Of a stretch of 64,000 bases of DNA, positions 32,860 through 43,022 are shown piece after piece. The DNA lies in assembly GCA_017962025.1 (NCBI GenBank), contig JAGCWD010000083.1, positions 5,725 to 69,724 of the forward strand, read 5' to 3'. A program made the translations under genes and the position numbers. This stretch comes from Bacteroidales bacterium. Its GTDB lineage: Bacteria > Bacteroidota > Bacteroidia > Bacteroidales > UBA932. Under the pieces are notes generated by a model, which made no database searches, had not been told where the DNA came from, and saw only the letters and a program-made list of their open reading frames with translations. Positions within the stretch are counted from its first letter, which is position 1, and every line of letters begins with the position of its first letter.

Positions 32860-35625
32860 ATGGATTACGATTTCAGGAAAATTGAAAAGAAGTGGCAGGC
32901 CTTCTGGGCTGGTAACGGTACATTCAGGACCAAGGAAGATCCTTCAAAACCGAAGTATTATGTCCTGGACATGTTCCCCTATCCTTCCGGAGCGGGACTT
33001 CATGTCGGACATCCGCTCGGCTACATTGCGAGCGACATCTTCTCCCGTTATAAGAGGTTGTAGGGTTTCAACGTCCTCCATCCGATGGGTTATGATGCTT
33101 TCGGCCTCCCTGCCGAGCAGTATGCCATCCAGACCGGTCAGCATCCTGAAGTTACTACTGAGAAGAACATCGCCAGATATCGCCAGCAAATGGACCGCAT
33201 CGGATTCTCCTATGACTGGGACCGTGAAGTCCGTACCTGCGATCCTGAGTACTACAAATGGACACAGTGGGCTTTCCTGAAGATGTTTGGAAGCTGGTAC
33301 GACAACGATCTTGACAAAGCACGTCCCATCGAGGATCTCGTCTCTGCCTTTGAGAAGGGTGGAAGCAGCGCTGTCAATGCCTCCTGCTCAGACCATGATC
33401 CTTTCACTGCCTCTCAGTGGAAAGCTTTCTCTGAAAAGGAAAAGTCGGACATGCTGATGAACTATCGTATTGCCTATCAGGGTGAGACTTCTGTCAACTG
33501 GTGTGCCGGACTTGGGACTGTCCTTGCCAACGACGAGGTTAAGGACGGGCTTTCGGTACGCGGCGGTTTCCCTGTGGAGCAGAAGAAGATGAAGCAGTGG
33601 CAGCTGCGGGTCTCTGCATATGCCGGAAGGCTTCTCGAGGGACTCGACAGGATCGATTGGACCGATTCCCTCAAGGAGATGCAGCGCAACTGGATCGGCA
33701 AGTCCAACGGTTGTGAAGTAGTGTTCAAATGCTACAATGGAGAGACCGAGCATGACGTAACCATATTCACGACCAGGGTGGATACCCTCTTCGGGGTAAC
33801 TTTCATGGTTCTTGCTCCCGAAAGTGACTTGGTTCATGTTCTTACAACTCCCCATCAGGAAAAGGCCGTTGAAGAGTACCTTGGCTACGTCAAGAAGAAG
33901 ACCGAGAGAGAGAGGATCGCCGAGACCAAGACAGTCACAGGTGTTTTCTCCGGGTCCTATGGAGTCAATCCCCTTACCGGGGAACGCGTTCCAATCTGGA
34001 TCTCTGAATATGTCCTCGCGGGTTATGGTACGGGAGCCATCATGGCGGTCCCTGCGCATGACAGCCGTGACTATGTATTCGCGAAGATATTCAATCTTCC
34101 TATAGTCCCTATCATAGAGGGTTGCGATGTCAGTGAAGAGAGTTTCGATGCAAAGGAAGGGAAGATGGTCAACTCCGGCTTCATGGACGGAATGGAAGTC
34201 AAGGAAGCCATCCCTGCGGCTATCGATTATGTCGAAAAACATGGACTCGGACACAGAAAGGTAAACTACAGGCTTCGTGATGCCATTTTCAGTCGCCAGA
34301 GATACTGGGGAGAGCCTTTCCCTATATTTTTCAAGGACGGAATCCCTACCCCCGTACCATTCGAAGATTTGCCTCTGACCCTTCCGGAGATAGACGAGTT
34401 CAAGCCCACAGAGAAGGGAGAACCTCCTCTCGCCAGGGCCAAAAACTGGAACTACAAGGGTTATCCGCTTGAAACCAGCACTATGCCTGGCTTTGCCGGA
34501 TCCAGTGCCTACTATCTCCGCTATATGGATCCCCGCAACGGTGAAGCCCTTGTGGACAGGGAGGTGAATGCATACTGGCGTGACGTGGACCTGTACATCG
34601 GAGGAACGGAGCATGCTACCGGTCACCTTATCTATTCCCGCTTCTGGAACAAGTTCCTCTTCGACCTTGGTTATGTCTGCGAGGACGAGCCTTTCCGCAA
34701 GCTTATCAACCAGGGAATGATCCAGGGCCGTTCCAATTTCGTCTATCGCATCGTAGGGACGAACACGTTCGTTTCCCTTGGGCTGAAGGATAGATATCAG
34801 ACCACTGAGATCCATGTGGACATCAGCCTTGTCAGGAACGACAGGCTCGACCTTGAGGCATTCAAGGCCTGGAGGCCAGAGTTCGCGGACGCAGAGTTCA
34901 TCCTCGAGAACGGTGAATATATCTGCGGATGGGCTGTCGAGAAGATGAGCAAGTCAATGTTCAACGTCGTCAATCCTGACCAGATCTGCGACGATTACGG
35001 CGCTGACACCCTAAGGCTCTATGAAATGTTCCTCGGCCCTCTTGAGCAGAGTAAACCCTGGGACACCAAGGGAATCGACGGTGTCAACCGTTTCCTCAAG
35101 AAATTCTGGAGATTGTTCTTCGAGGGCGATGAACTGGCAGTTTCTGATGAGCCTGCTACACCTGAAGAGTTGAAGGTCCTTCACAAACTCATCGGCAAGG
35201 AGGAGTATGATATAGAGCACTTCTCGTTCAATACAACTGTGAGTGCCTTTATGATAGCCCTTAACGACCTTGGCGCCCTGAAGTGCCGCAAACGTGCCAT
35301 CTTGGAGCCGATGACCGTCCTCCTTTCCCCGTTTGCCCCTCATATCGCAGAGGAACTCTGGTCGCTTCTCGGGCATGAGGAGAGCATCACCTATGCCAGT
35401 TTCCCTGTCTTTGATCCGGCCCTGGCTGCTGAGGATAGCGTGAAGTATCCGGTGTCCTTCAACGGCAAGATGAGATTCACGGTTGACCTGCCCAAGTCCA
35501 TGCCTGCCGCTGAAGTGGAATCCACCATTCGTGGGATGGACCAGACCGCCAAGTGGGTGGCAGACAAGTCGATAGTCAAGGTTATAGTGGTTCCCGGAAG
35601 GATTGTCAACATAGTCCTTAAATAG
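32860..35625 (+). CDS. leuS: Leucine--tRNA ligase, interrupted by an in-frame TAG at 33061-33063
   Basis: ORFs 32860-33063 and 33085-35625 are in the same frame; MFPYPSG, HVGH (HIGH), [27 protein letters not shown]. Confidence 0.93.
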
Positions 35626-35632
35626 TTTGATA

Positions 35633-36580
35633 ATGGCAAATAAGGAAAATAAAACACTCAAGGCGTCCATCTTATCCACAGTCGGTGACTATCTGGTCAT
35701 AACCGTGGGAGTGTTGTTGTACACTTTCGCTTGGTCTGCCATGCTCATTCCCAACGGGATAGCCAGTGGCGGCCTTACGGGTGCTTGTACGATCCTCAAC
35801 TTTGCAACCGGCATTCCGGTCTATTTATCATACATAGTCATAAACTCTCTGCTGATCATTACAGGTGCATTGATTCTTGGAAAGGGATTCGGACTGAAGA
35901 CTTTGTTTGCGATCGGCCTATCCACTTTGTGCCTCGACGTCATGGCCAACTGGGAGTTCCTACATGTATTCTTCGATAACAAGCTCCTTCTGGTCGTTGT
36001 CGCCGCCATCATCGAGTCAATCGGAATCTCATTCATCCTCGCCAGGGGTGGCAGTACCGGAGGAACCGACATAGTAGCACTGGTTGTCAATAAGTTCTGG
36101 CCGGTTTCCTTGGGTAAGGTCTTCCTTGTACTGGACATGTTCATCATCGCTTCCGTCCTCCTTATCCCCGGCAAGACCATAGAGGACATGGTGTACGGAT
36201 ATGTTGCTATGGTAATATTCTCAGTGTTTGTGGACTGGGTGATGCTGGGGCGCAATTCGACCTGGCAGATTATGGTTTTCTCAAACAAGTACAAGGATAT
36301 TGCAGACACTGTCATCAATGACCTGAACAGGGGAGTGACTGCCCTGGATGCCCAGGGGTGGTATTCCGGAGAGAGCAAGAAGGTACTCCTTATCCTGGTT
36401 CGCAAGGCCGAACTCCACACCATCACCAAAGTCGTAAAGGAAATAGATCCCAAGGCATTTGTAACCGTTTCATCGGCCAGCACCGTTTACGGTGAAGGTT
36501 TCGACGAGATGAAGACCGGAATCAAACTGAAGCTAAAGAAGAAGGAAAATGCAAGAAAAGAACGTACTTCGAACAATTAA
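35633..36580 (+). CDS. YitT family membrane protein
   Basis: SGGLTG, GGSTGGTDI, RGVT...GWYSG, DPKAFV, VYGEGF. Confidence 0.9.
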   Translation: MANKENKTLKASILSTVGDYLVITVGVLLYTFAWSAMLIPNGIASGGLTGACTILNFATGIPVYLSYIVINSLLIITGALILGKGFGLKTLFAIGLSTLCLDVMANWEFLHVFFDNKLLLVVVAAIIESIGISFILARGGSTGGTDIVALVVNKFWPVSLGKVFLVLDMFIIASVLLIPGKTIEDMVYGYVAMVIFSVFVDWVMLGRNSTWQIMVFSNKYKDIADTVINDLNRGVTALDAQGWYSGESKKVLLILVRKAELHTITKVVKEIDPKAFVTVSSASTVYGEGFDEMKTGIKLKLKKKENARKERTSNN

Positions 36581-37472
36581 GGAGTATATCCTCATCACCC
36601 TTGGAATCCTGATCTATACCTGCGGATGGACGATCTTCCTGACCCCGAACAACATGTTCGGAGGCGGTGTTTCAGGTATCAGTGCTATCATCCAGTACGC
36701 TACCGGTATCAAGATGGGTTATACTTACTTCGTGATCAATGCTATCCTTCTTGTGATCTCATTGTTCATCATAGGCCCCTCTTTCGGAATCAAGACTGTC
36801 TATGCCATCTTCCTGGCGTCTTTCTGCCTGAATATAGAGCAGACCCTTATCCCAGCCCAGATCATTCAGGATTTCGCCCTGTCGAATGGGAAACTGATGT
36901 GTGCTATCATAGGAGGTTCCATGGCTGGCCTGGGGATAGGAATGTCGATTTCCCAGGGCGGCAGCTCGGGTGGAACCGACATCATAGCCCTTATTATTAC
37001 CAAGTACAGGAATATATCCCCGGGCAAGGTAATCCTTCTTATAGATGTCTTCATCATCGCCTCATCGTTGCTGGTGCCTTCCTTCACTGCTGACGGTCAG
37101 CCACTTCAGTTTGTCGACAAGTTCATCACCGCAGTTTACGGAATGATCATAGTGACCGTCTGCGGCAACATTGCCGACATCTACCTGGCTGGTTCTAAGC
37201 AGAGCGTACAGTTGTTCATCCTCACCCACAAGCACGAAGCTGTCGCCGACATGATCGCAAGGGACTTCCACAGGGGAGTTACCGTCCTGGACGGTCAGGG
37301 CTGGTACACAAAGAGGGTCACTTCCGTATTGATGGTACTCACCAGGAAGACGGATGTCAACCTTCTCCTTCGTGCAATTAAGCGGATAGATCCCGAAGCG
37401 TTTATTTCAATCTCTTCAGTGACAGGAGTTTACGGAAAGGGCTTCGATTCCATCAAGGATAAGAAATCCTAA
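36549..37472 (+). CDS. YitT family membrane protein (paralog)
   Basis: GGGVSG, GGSSGGTDI, RGVT...GWYT, DPEAFI, VYGKGF. Confidence 0.9.
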   Translation: MQEKNVLRTIKEYILITLGILIYTCGWTIFLTPNNMFGGGVSGISAIIQYATGIKMGYTYFVINAILLVISLFIIGPSFGIKTVYAIFLASFCLNIEQTLIPAQIIQDFALSNGKLMCAIIGGSMAGLGIGMSISQGGSSGGTDIIALIITKYRNISPGKVILLIDVFIIASSLLVPSFTADGQPLQFVDKFITAVYGMIIVTVCGNIADIYLAGSKQSVQLFILTHKHEAVADMIARDFHRGVTVLDGQGWYTKRVTSVLMVLTRKTDVNLLLRAIKRIDPEAFISISSVTGVYGKGFDSIKDKKS

Positions 37473-37504
37473 TTTCTGTTCCTTTTTATCTTTTTTTGTG
37501 AAAT

Positions 37505-37536
37505 ACCCCCGGCATGTAAGTGCCGGAGGTTTTTTT
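37505..37536 (+). terminator. Intrinsic terminator
   Basis: ACCCCCGGCA-TGTAAG-TGCCGGAGGT followed by a T run. Confidence 0.8.
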
Positions 37537-37586
37537 CTTTCATAAATTGATGCCTGAACTATGATGGACCGCTAAAACTATAGCTT

Positions 37587-38678
37587 ATGAAGGTAGTGAT
37601 TGCATTTTCGTTGCTCTTGGAACTGTTTTCCTTCCTTATCTTCGATCTTGCAAAGAACCGGGCTGGAACAACTCTTAAACTCTTGATCCGCCTCCTTTCT
37701 GCTTCAGCTGGGCTGATCTTGATTTCCATGGACCTTCTTCTTGTAAGGCCAAGTTCTTCCGACAGCATCCTTTCTGACATGCTTGTCGTTACGGCAATCC
37801 TTTCCATGTACCCTTGTTCGTTCGAGAAACCTGCCCTGGCCTTCAGGATTTCTGTGATTCTGGCCTTGGCCGGTTTTGCAATGTCGTTATCAAGGGTTTT
37901 CCTCCCGTCTGGTCATGATTCTTTCCGGACACAAGGATCTGTCTCGACCATGTCCCTTGTTCTCCTTGTCTTCGCCGTTTATTATGTAATTGTTTCAGTC
38001 CGTCGATTCAAGGGTATAAGGCTCTTCTTCAGGAATGCTGCTGTCTGGTACGGCATTGAAGACTATTCCCGATTTCTCTATTCCATGGCCTTCCTTTGCG
38101 TCTGCATCCTTACCATGTGTTCTGCCTCCGTGCCGGGTGATGCGGGGATTGTCCTGGATCTGGTGTGCGGGGGAGTATTGGCAGTCCTTTACATGCTTCT
38201 TTACCTCAGGGCAATGACAGGCCGTACTTTCATACTGGACGAAGACACTGAGACCAGGATCAAAGACATAATCAAGGGTAACCTGAGGACTTCCTACATC
38301 GACAAGGCCGAGGAAGACCGTATGATGAACAACCTTTACCGTAAGGTGATGCTCTACATGTCCGAAGATAAACCCTATCTTGATCCCTCGTTCTGCATGA
38401 GCGACCTTGCCACCAGGGTCTATTCCAATAAGCTTTACCTTTCCAGGACCATCAATATCCTCTCCGGCAGGAATTTCCGCCAGTTTGTCAATTACCATAG
38501 GGTACAGTATGCAATAGCCTTGTTCAAGAAGGACCCCAAACTGAAAGTGGCGGAAGCAGCCGAGATGTCCGGCTTCAATTCAGGTGTGTCATTCAATATG
38601 GCATTCAAGGTAAACACCGGCAAGACTCCTTCTGAATGGCTCCGGGAGTATGTGATGGAGATGAGGGATCGATTGTGA
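37587..38678 (+). CDS. Membrane-anchored AraC-family regulator
   Basis: Several N-terminal TM helices; C-terminal PYLDP, YLSRTIN, NFRQFVN..R, SGFNS..SF..AFK..TGKTP. Confidence 0.9.
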   Translation: MKVVIAFSLLLELFSFLIFDLAKNRAGTTLKLLIRLLSASAGLILISMDLLLVRPSSSDSILSDMLVVTAILSMYPCSFEKPALAFRISVILALAGFAMSLSRVFLPSGHDSFRTQGSVSTMSLVLLVFAVYYVIVSVRRFKGIRLFFRNAAVWYGIEDYSRFLYSMAFLCVCILTMCSASVPGDAGIVLDLVCGGVLAVLYMLLYLRAMTGRTFILDEDTETRIKDIIKGNLRTSYIDKAEEDRMMNNLYRKVMLYMSEDKPYLDPSFCMSDLATRVYSNKLYLSRTINILSGRNFRQFVNYHRVQYAIALFKKDPKLKVAEAAEMSGFNSGVSFNMAFKVNTGKTPSEWLREYVMEMRDRL

Positions 38679-38737
38679 AGTTTTTTATTATATTTGTAAA
38701 GTTGTGAACTTGATAACTCTATAAACTATAGCTGCAA

Positions 38738-39406
38738 ATGAAGAGAATCATCCTTATCGCCCTGGCCGGCCTGATGGCATTGGCTCCGGCAGGAGCCCAG
38801 GGCAGGAAAGCCGTCAAACAGGCCAAAGAGGACAGCAAACCTGTTATTAGCCAGCTCAAGCAGGATGGCTACAAACCTCTTGACAATATCAAACTCGATG
38901 ACGCCGTTAAGGATTACCTCGCCGTAAAGTATTCTGAGAAGAATCTTATGGAGGTGGTCGGACGTGGGAATTCAAAGACTTTGAATGAGGCCAAGTCCCT
39001 GGCCCGCGAGGATGCAATATCCTTCTATCCCCTTGGCGATGTTGCTAATTCTTTCTTTGTCTACAAGAAAGACAGGAGAAGGTATGACGTAATCTGTTAT
39101 GCCCTCCTCAGGACTACTTCCAGGAGTTCCGGCTCTGTCCGGAATGCCAGTGGCGCTCCATCTGCTTTCGAGAGGGTTGAAAAGGCTTCAAAGGAAGCCC
39201 AGGCTGATGCCAGGAAGCAGCAGGAACAGGCCAGGAAGGAGATGCAGAAGGCACAGAAGAAGGCCCAGAAAGAGGCTGAGAAAGCCAGGGTAAAGGCCGA
39301 CAAGGCTCATCAGAAAGCAGTTGACAAGGCTAACGAAAAAGCCCGGAAAGCCATCGAGAAGGCAGACCGGGAAAGGGCAAAAGCCCTTGAGGGCTACAGG
39401 TACTAA
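38738..39406 (+). CDS. Hypothetical exported protein with Lys/Ala/Glu-rich coiled-coil C-terminus
   Basis: Signal peptide (AGA-Q); upstream TATATTTG box at 38689-38696. Confidence 0.7.
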   Translation: MKRIILIALAGLMALAPAGAQGRKAVKQAKEDSKPVISQLKQDGYKPLDNIKLDDAVKDYLAVKYSEKNLMEVVGRGNSKTLNEAKSLAREDAISFYPLGDVANSFFVYKKDRRRYDVICYALLRTTSRSSGSVRNASGAPSAFERVEKASKEAQADARKQQEQARKEMQKAQKKAQKEAEKARVKADKAHQKAVDKANEKARKAIEKADRERAKALEGYRY

Positions 39407-40116
39407 AGGAAATCCCTGATCCCTTTCCAGGAAGCCGGCGGTGGAGCTATGATGTCCACTTCGTCCTTGTGGACGGGGTGGACAAACTTTATCTCACGGG
39501 AATGCAGGCAGATGCCTCCGTCAGGATTTGAGCGGGGAGCTCCGTATTTCAAGTCTCCCTTGATCACGCAACCCATACCGGAGAGTTGGCAGCGTATCTG
39601 GTGGTGCCGTCCTGTAAGGAGCTTTACTTCAAGCAGAAAATACCTGTCAGTCCTGCCAATGAGTCTGTAGAGCAGCCTTGCCTCCTTTGCACCAGAAGTG
39701 CCGGGCTTGACGATGAAGCTCTTGTTCATCTTTTCATTCCTGGTGAGCCAGTTGATGAGTTCTCCTGATTCCTTTTCAGGGGTATCGCAGCAGAGTGCCC
39801 AGTAGGTCTTGTGGACATCTCCAGTACGGAACATCTCAGTGAGCCTGGAGAGGGCTTTGGAAGTTTTGGCGAAGATAACTATTCCACTGACCGGCCTGTC
39901 AAGACGATGTGGAATGCCCAGGAACACTTTCCCGGGCTTTCCGTCTCGTTGTGCGATAAAGGCTTTCAGGGTTTCGGCCAGGCATTCGTCTCCGGTCTTG
40001 TCTCCCTGGACGATTTCTCCGATGGCCTTGTTGAAGACCAGGATATGGTTGTCCTCAAAGAGGATCCTCGAGGAGATGTCCGCATTTTCTGCGGCTTCAA
40101 GTCTCCTGTATTCCAT
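39403..40116 (-). CDS. RluA-family RNA pseudouridine synthase
   Basis: HRLDRPVSG, TGRHHQIR, GDLKYG, LHS. Confidence 0.93.
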   Translation of the reverse strand: MEYRRLEAAENADISSRILFEDNHILVFNKAIGEIVQGDKTGDECLAETLKAFIAQRDGKPGKVFLGIPHRLDRPVSGIVIFAKTSKALSRLTEMFRTGDVHKTYWALCCDTPEKESGELINWLTRNEKMNKSFIVKPGTSGAKEARLLYRLIGRTDRYFLLEVKLLTGRHHQIRCQLSGMGCVIKGDLKYGAPRSNPDGGICLHSREIKFVHPVHKDEVDIIAPPPASWKGIRDFL

Positions 40117-40117
40117 T

Positions 40118-40552
40118 TTACTTCTGGATAGGAACGAGGGCGAAGGAAGGCTCTCCCTTGCAGCAGAGTTCCCCGTTCACTGTAAGCTTGGCAGAGCAGA
40201 AGAACAGTTGACCGCGCCTGTCGTCCAGGCTTGCAGTGACCTCGCAGAGATCGCCCGGCCTGACTGTGTTCTTGAAGCGGACCTTGTCGATTCCTGCGTA
40301 GAGTGTGATATTGCCGGGAATCTCGTCCTTGACGAGGATGGCACAACTCTGAGCCATTATCTCGCAGAGGATAACTCCGGGGACTACAGGGTTGCCCGGG
40401 AAATGGCCCCTTGTGAAGAACTCGTCTTCCTTGATGCGATACTTGGAGTGGGCGAGACCTTCGTCATCTATATAGGCTTCTTCGATAAGAAGCATGGGCT
40501 CCCTGTGGGGCATGAACTTCTTTATGTCTTCCTTTGTAAGAATTTCAGTCAT
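40118..40552 (-). CDS. fabZ: 3-hydroxyacyl-ACP dehydratase (stand-alone)
   Basis: PHREPMLLI, GHFPGNPVVPGV..E..AQ, RFK..V.PGD. Confidence 0.93.
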   Translation of the reverse strand: MTEILTKEDIKKFMPHREPMLLIEEAYIDDEGLAHSKYRIKEDEFFTRGHFPGNPVVPGVILCEIMAQSCAILVKDEIPGNITLYAGIDKVRFKNTVRPGDLCEVTASLDDRRGQLFFCSAKLTVNGELCCKGEPSFALVPIQK

Positions 40553-40564
40553 GGTCGTTCAGTT

Positions 40565-41824
40565 TTAGTCCTCACATTTCCTGAATGCTACGCATGCATC
40601 ATGTCCTCCGAAGCCGAATGAATCGGAAATACCCAGTGTGAGGTCAGCCTTGACAGCCTTGTTAGGGGTGTAGTCAAGGTCGCACTCGGGGTCAGGAGTG
40701 TCCAGGTTGATAGTAGGAGGACAGATTCCGTCCCTGAGGGCAAGGATAGTGGCGATTGCCTCTGCGGCTCCGGCGGCTCCGAACATGTGCCCTGTCATGG
40801 ACTTGATGGAACTGATGTGGGCCTTGTAGGCGAAATCTCCGAGAGCATTCTTGTAAGCCTGGGTCTCGGCAGCGTCATTGAGCTTGGTGCCTGTTCCGTG
40901 AGCATTGATATAGAGAGTATCCTTCTCCTTGTCGAAACAGGCTTCTTCAAGAGCCAGTTCGATACATTTTGCCTGGGTGGTACCGTCGGGCCTGGGGGCG
41001 GTCGAGTGATATGCGTCACAGGTGTTTCCATAACCGACCATCTCCCCGAGGATCTTGGCTCCACGGGCCTTCGCATGCTCATATTCCTCAAGGATCAGAG
41101 AGGCAGAGCCGTCACCCATAACGAAACCGGCGCGGTTGGCGTTGAATGGGAGAGATGCATACTTGGGATCGGTAGACCTGGACAGGGCCTTGAGATTTGC
41201 AAAGCCGGCGATACCGATCGGAATTGTTGCATTTTCGCTTCCTCCGGTGATGATGGCATCTGCATATCCATGCTTTATTGCCCTGTAGGCTTCTCCCATC
41301 GCGTTCGTAGATGTTGCGCAGGCAGTTACTATATCGAGGCAGGGTCCTTCGGCATGATTGAGGATGGCAATCTGTCCTGCAGCGATGTTGGAGATCATGG
41401 TGGGGATGAACAGGGGGGAAATCCACTGGCCGGAAGGATCATCGATCATCTTTGCCATCTCCCTGAACTGGGTCGCAAAGCCTCCGATACCAGATCCGAA
41501 ATAGACGCCGAACCTGAAAGGATCGATGTTACAGTCATCACCTGTTGAGACAAGTCCGGACTGCTTTACCGCCTGGTAGGCAGCTGCCACTCCAAATTGG
41601 GTGAACAGGTCCTGTTTGCGGATAAAAGGCTTGTCCATCCCATACTCTTCTGCATGGAAATCTTTCACTTTTCCAGCGATTCTGACAGGAAGCTGCTCAG
41701 TGTCCTCACTTTCGATGACTTCGATTCCACAGTAACCTTCGCAGAGGTTCTTCCAGAAAGTTGCGACATCATTACCAACGGGGGAGATGACTCCCATTCC
41801 TGTTATGACTACTCTTCTGTTCAT
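40565..41824 (-). CDS. fabF: Beta-ketoacyl-ACP synthase II
   Basis: RRVVITGMG, TACATS, INAHGT, KSMTGH, SFGFGGH. Confidence 0.95.
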   Translation of the reverse strand: MNRRVVITGMGVISPVGNDVATFWKNLCEGYCGIEVIESEDTEQLPVRIAGKVKDFHAEEYGMDKPFIRKQDLFTQFGVAAAYQAVKQSGLVSTGDDCNIDPFRFGVYFGSGIGGFATQFREMAKMIDDPSGQWISPLFIPTMISNIAAGQIAILNHAEGPCLDIVTACATSTNAMGEAYRAIKHGYADAIITGGSENATIPIGIAGFANLKALSRSTDPKYASLPFNANRAGFVMGDGSASLILEEYEHAKARGAKILGEMVGYGNTCDAYHSTAPRPDGTTQAKCIELALEEACFDKEKDTLYINAHGTGTKLNDAAETQAYKNALGDFAYKAHISSIKSMTGHMFGAAGAAEAIATILALRDGICPPTINLDTPDPECDLDYTPNKAVKADLTLGISDSFGFGGHDACVAFRKCED

Positions 41825-41881
41825 CTCGATATGTTTCTTTATTATTTTCAGTAATTTACAAATATAGCAATTTTTATGTGA

Positions 41882-42829
41882 CTACCATTCAAGAATTGCG
41901 GCACCTGAGAGCAGTCCTGCTCCGAAAGCGCTGAATACTATTAGGTCTCCTTCCTTGAACATCCCTTTCCGGTTACATTCGTCCAGAAGGATCGGGCAGG
42001 ATGCTGAAGATGAATTCCCATGGTCATGGATATTGACGGGGAATCTGCTGGAAGGAACTTTCATGAAATCGATAATGGAATCGATGATTCTCTTGTTGGC
42101 CTGGTGTACCATGAACCAGGAAATATCATCCTTGTCTATTCCTGATTCATCAAGAAGGTTCTTTACCCCTTTCGTACATGCATTGACGGCAAAACGGAAA
42201 ACCTCCCTTCCTTTCATCTGCATCGGTACAAGTCCATCTTTCCAAATGGCGTAGGGGTTGTCAACAAGGGGACGGGTCATCCAGATCTTGTCCACATCAG
42301 GCTCTGCATTGAGCTTTATACCCTTTATGTTGTCACCCTCGGTGAGAACCACGGCTCCGGCTCCGTCTCCGAACAGGATGCAAGTTGCCCTGTCATCCCA
42401 GCTTGCCATCCTTGAAGGTTCTTCAATGCACGCGATTACGACATTCTTGACTTTGCCTGCCTTGTAATATGACTCAGCCATGTCGAGGGCATAGATGAAG
42501 CCGGGGCATGCACAGTTGATATCAAACATGGGACATTTCAGGCCCGTCTTTGCGGCAACTATGCAACTGAGGCTGGGGGTATCGTATCCATTGAGTACAT
42601 TTGAAACGATGAAGAGGTCGATATCGGAAACTCCCAGTCCGGACATTTCAAGAGCCTTGTTTACGGCTTCCGCTCCAAGATCTTCGAGTCTCTCGTCAGT
42701 GATTATATGACGGGATTTGATACCGGTCCTGGTGGTGATCCACTCATCGCTTGTGTCGAGGAATCCGGCCAGCATTTCATTTGTGATGATCTTTTTTGGC
42801 AGGGCGCTTCCTGTTCCGATAATTTTCAT
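41882..42829 (-). CDS. fabH: Beta-ketoacyl-ACP synthase III
   Basis: DTSDEWITTRTGI, NCACPGF, LFGDGAGA, HQAN, GNSSSAS, FGAG. Confidence 0.93.
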   Translation of the reverse strand: MKIIGTGSALPKKIITNEMLAGFLDTSDEWITTRTGIKSRHIITDERLEDLGAEAVNKALEMSGLGVSDIDLFIVSNVLNGYDTPSLSCIVAAKTGLKCPMFDINCACPGFIYALDMAESYYKAGKVKNVVIACIEEPSRMASWDDRATCILFGDGAGAVVLTEGDNIKGIKLNAEPDVDKIWMTRPLVDNPYAIWKDGLVPMQMKGREVFRFAVNACTKGVKNLLDESGIDKDDISWFMVHQANKRIIDSIIDFMKVPSSRFPVNIHDHGNSSSASCPILLDECNRKGMFKEGDLIVFSAFGAGLLSGAAILEW

Positions 42830-42860
42830 AATAAAATCTTCAGTCTTGTTAAAACGATCA

Positions 42861-42891
42861 CAAAATTACCACCCCTCGCGCACGCGACAAA
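42861..42891 (-). promoter_or_regulatory. fabH promoter, TTTG-N19-TAATTTTG
   Basis: CAAA at 42888-42891 and CAAAATTA at 42861-42868 match the Bacteroidetes -33/-7 consensus on the minus strand. Confidence 0.7.
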
Positions 42892-43022
42892 ATAATTGTG
42901 GCGAATGTGACTCCAATGATGCGAGCGCCACTTCTGTGGGGTGATTTCTACGTATTTGTGGCGTAATCGTTATTTTTATTAATCCTAAAAAGTGTCTATC
43001 TTTGTAAGATTAAAGGACAATT

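Noticed and set aside
32860-35625. Genome-wide TAG reassignment (alternative genetic code)
   Set aside because: Many genes here end at TAG at their expected C-termini, and only one internal TAG was found
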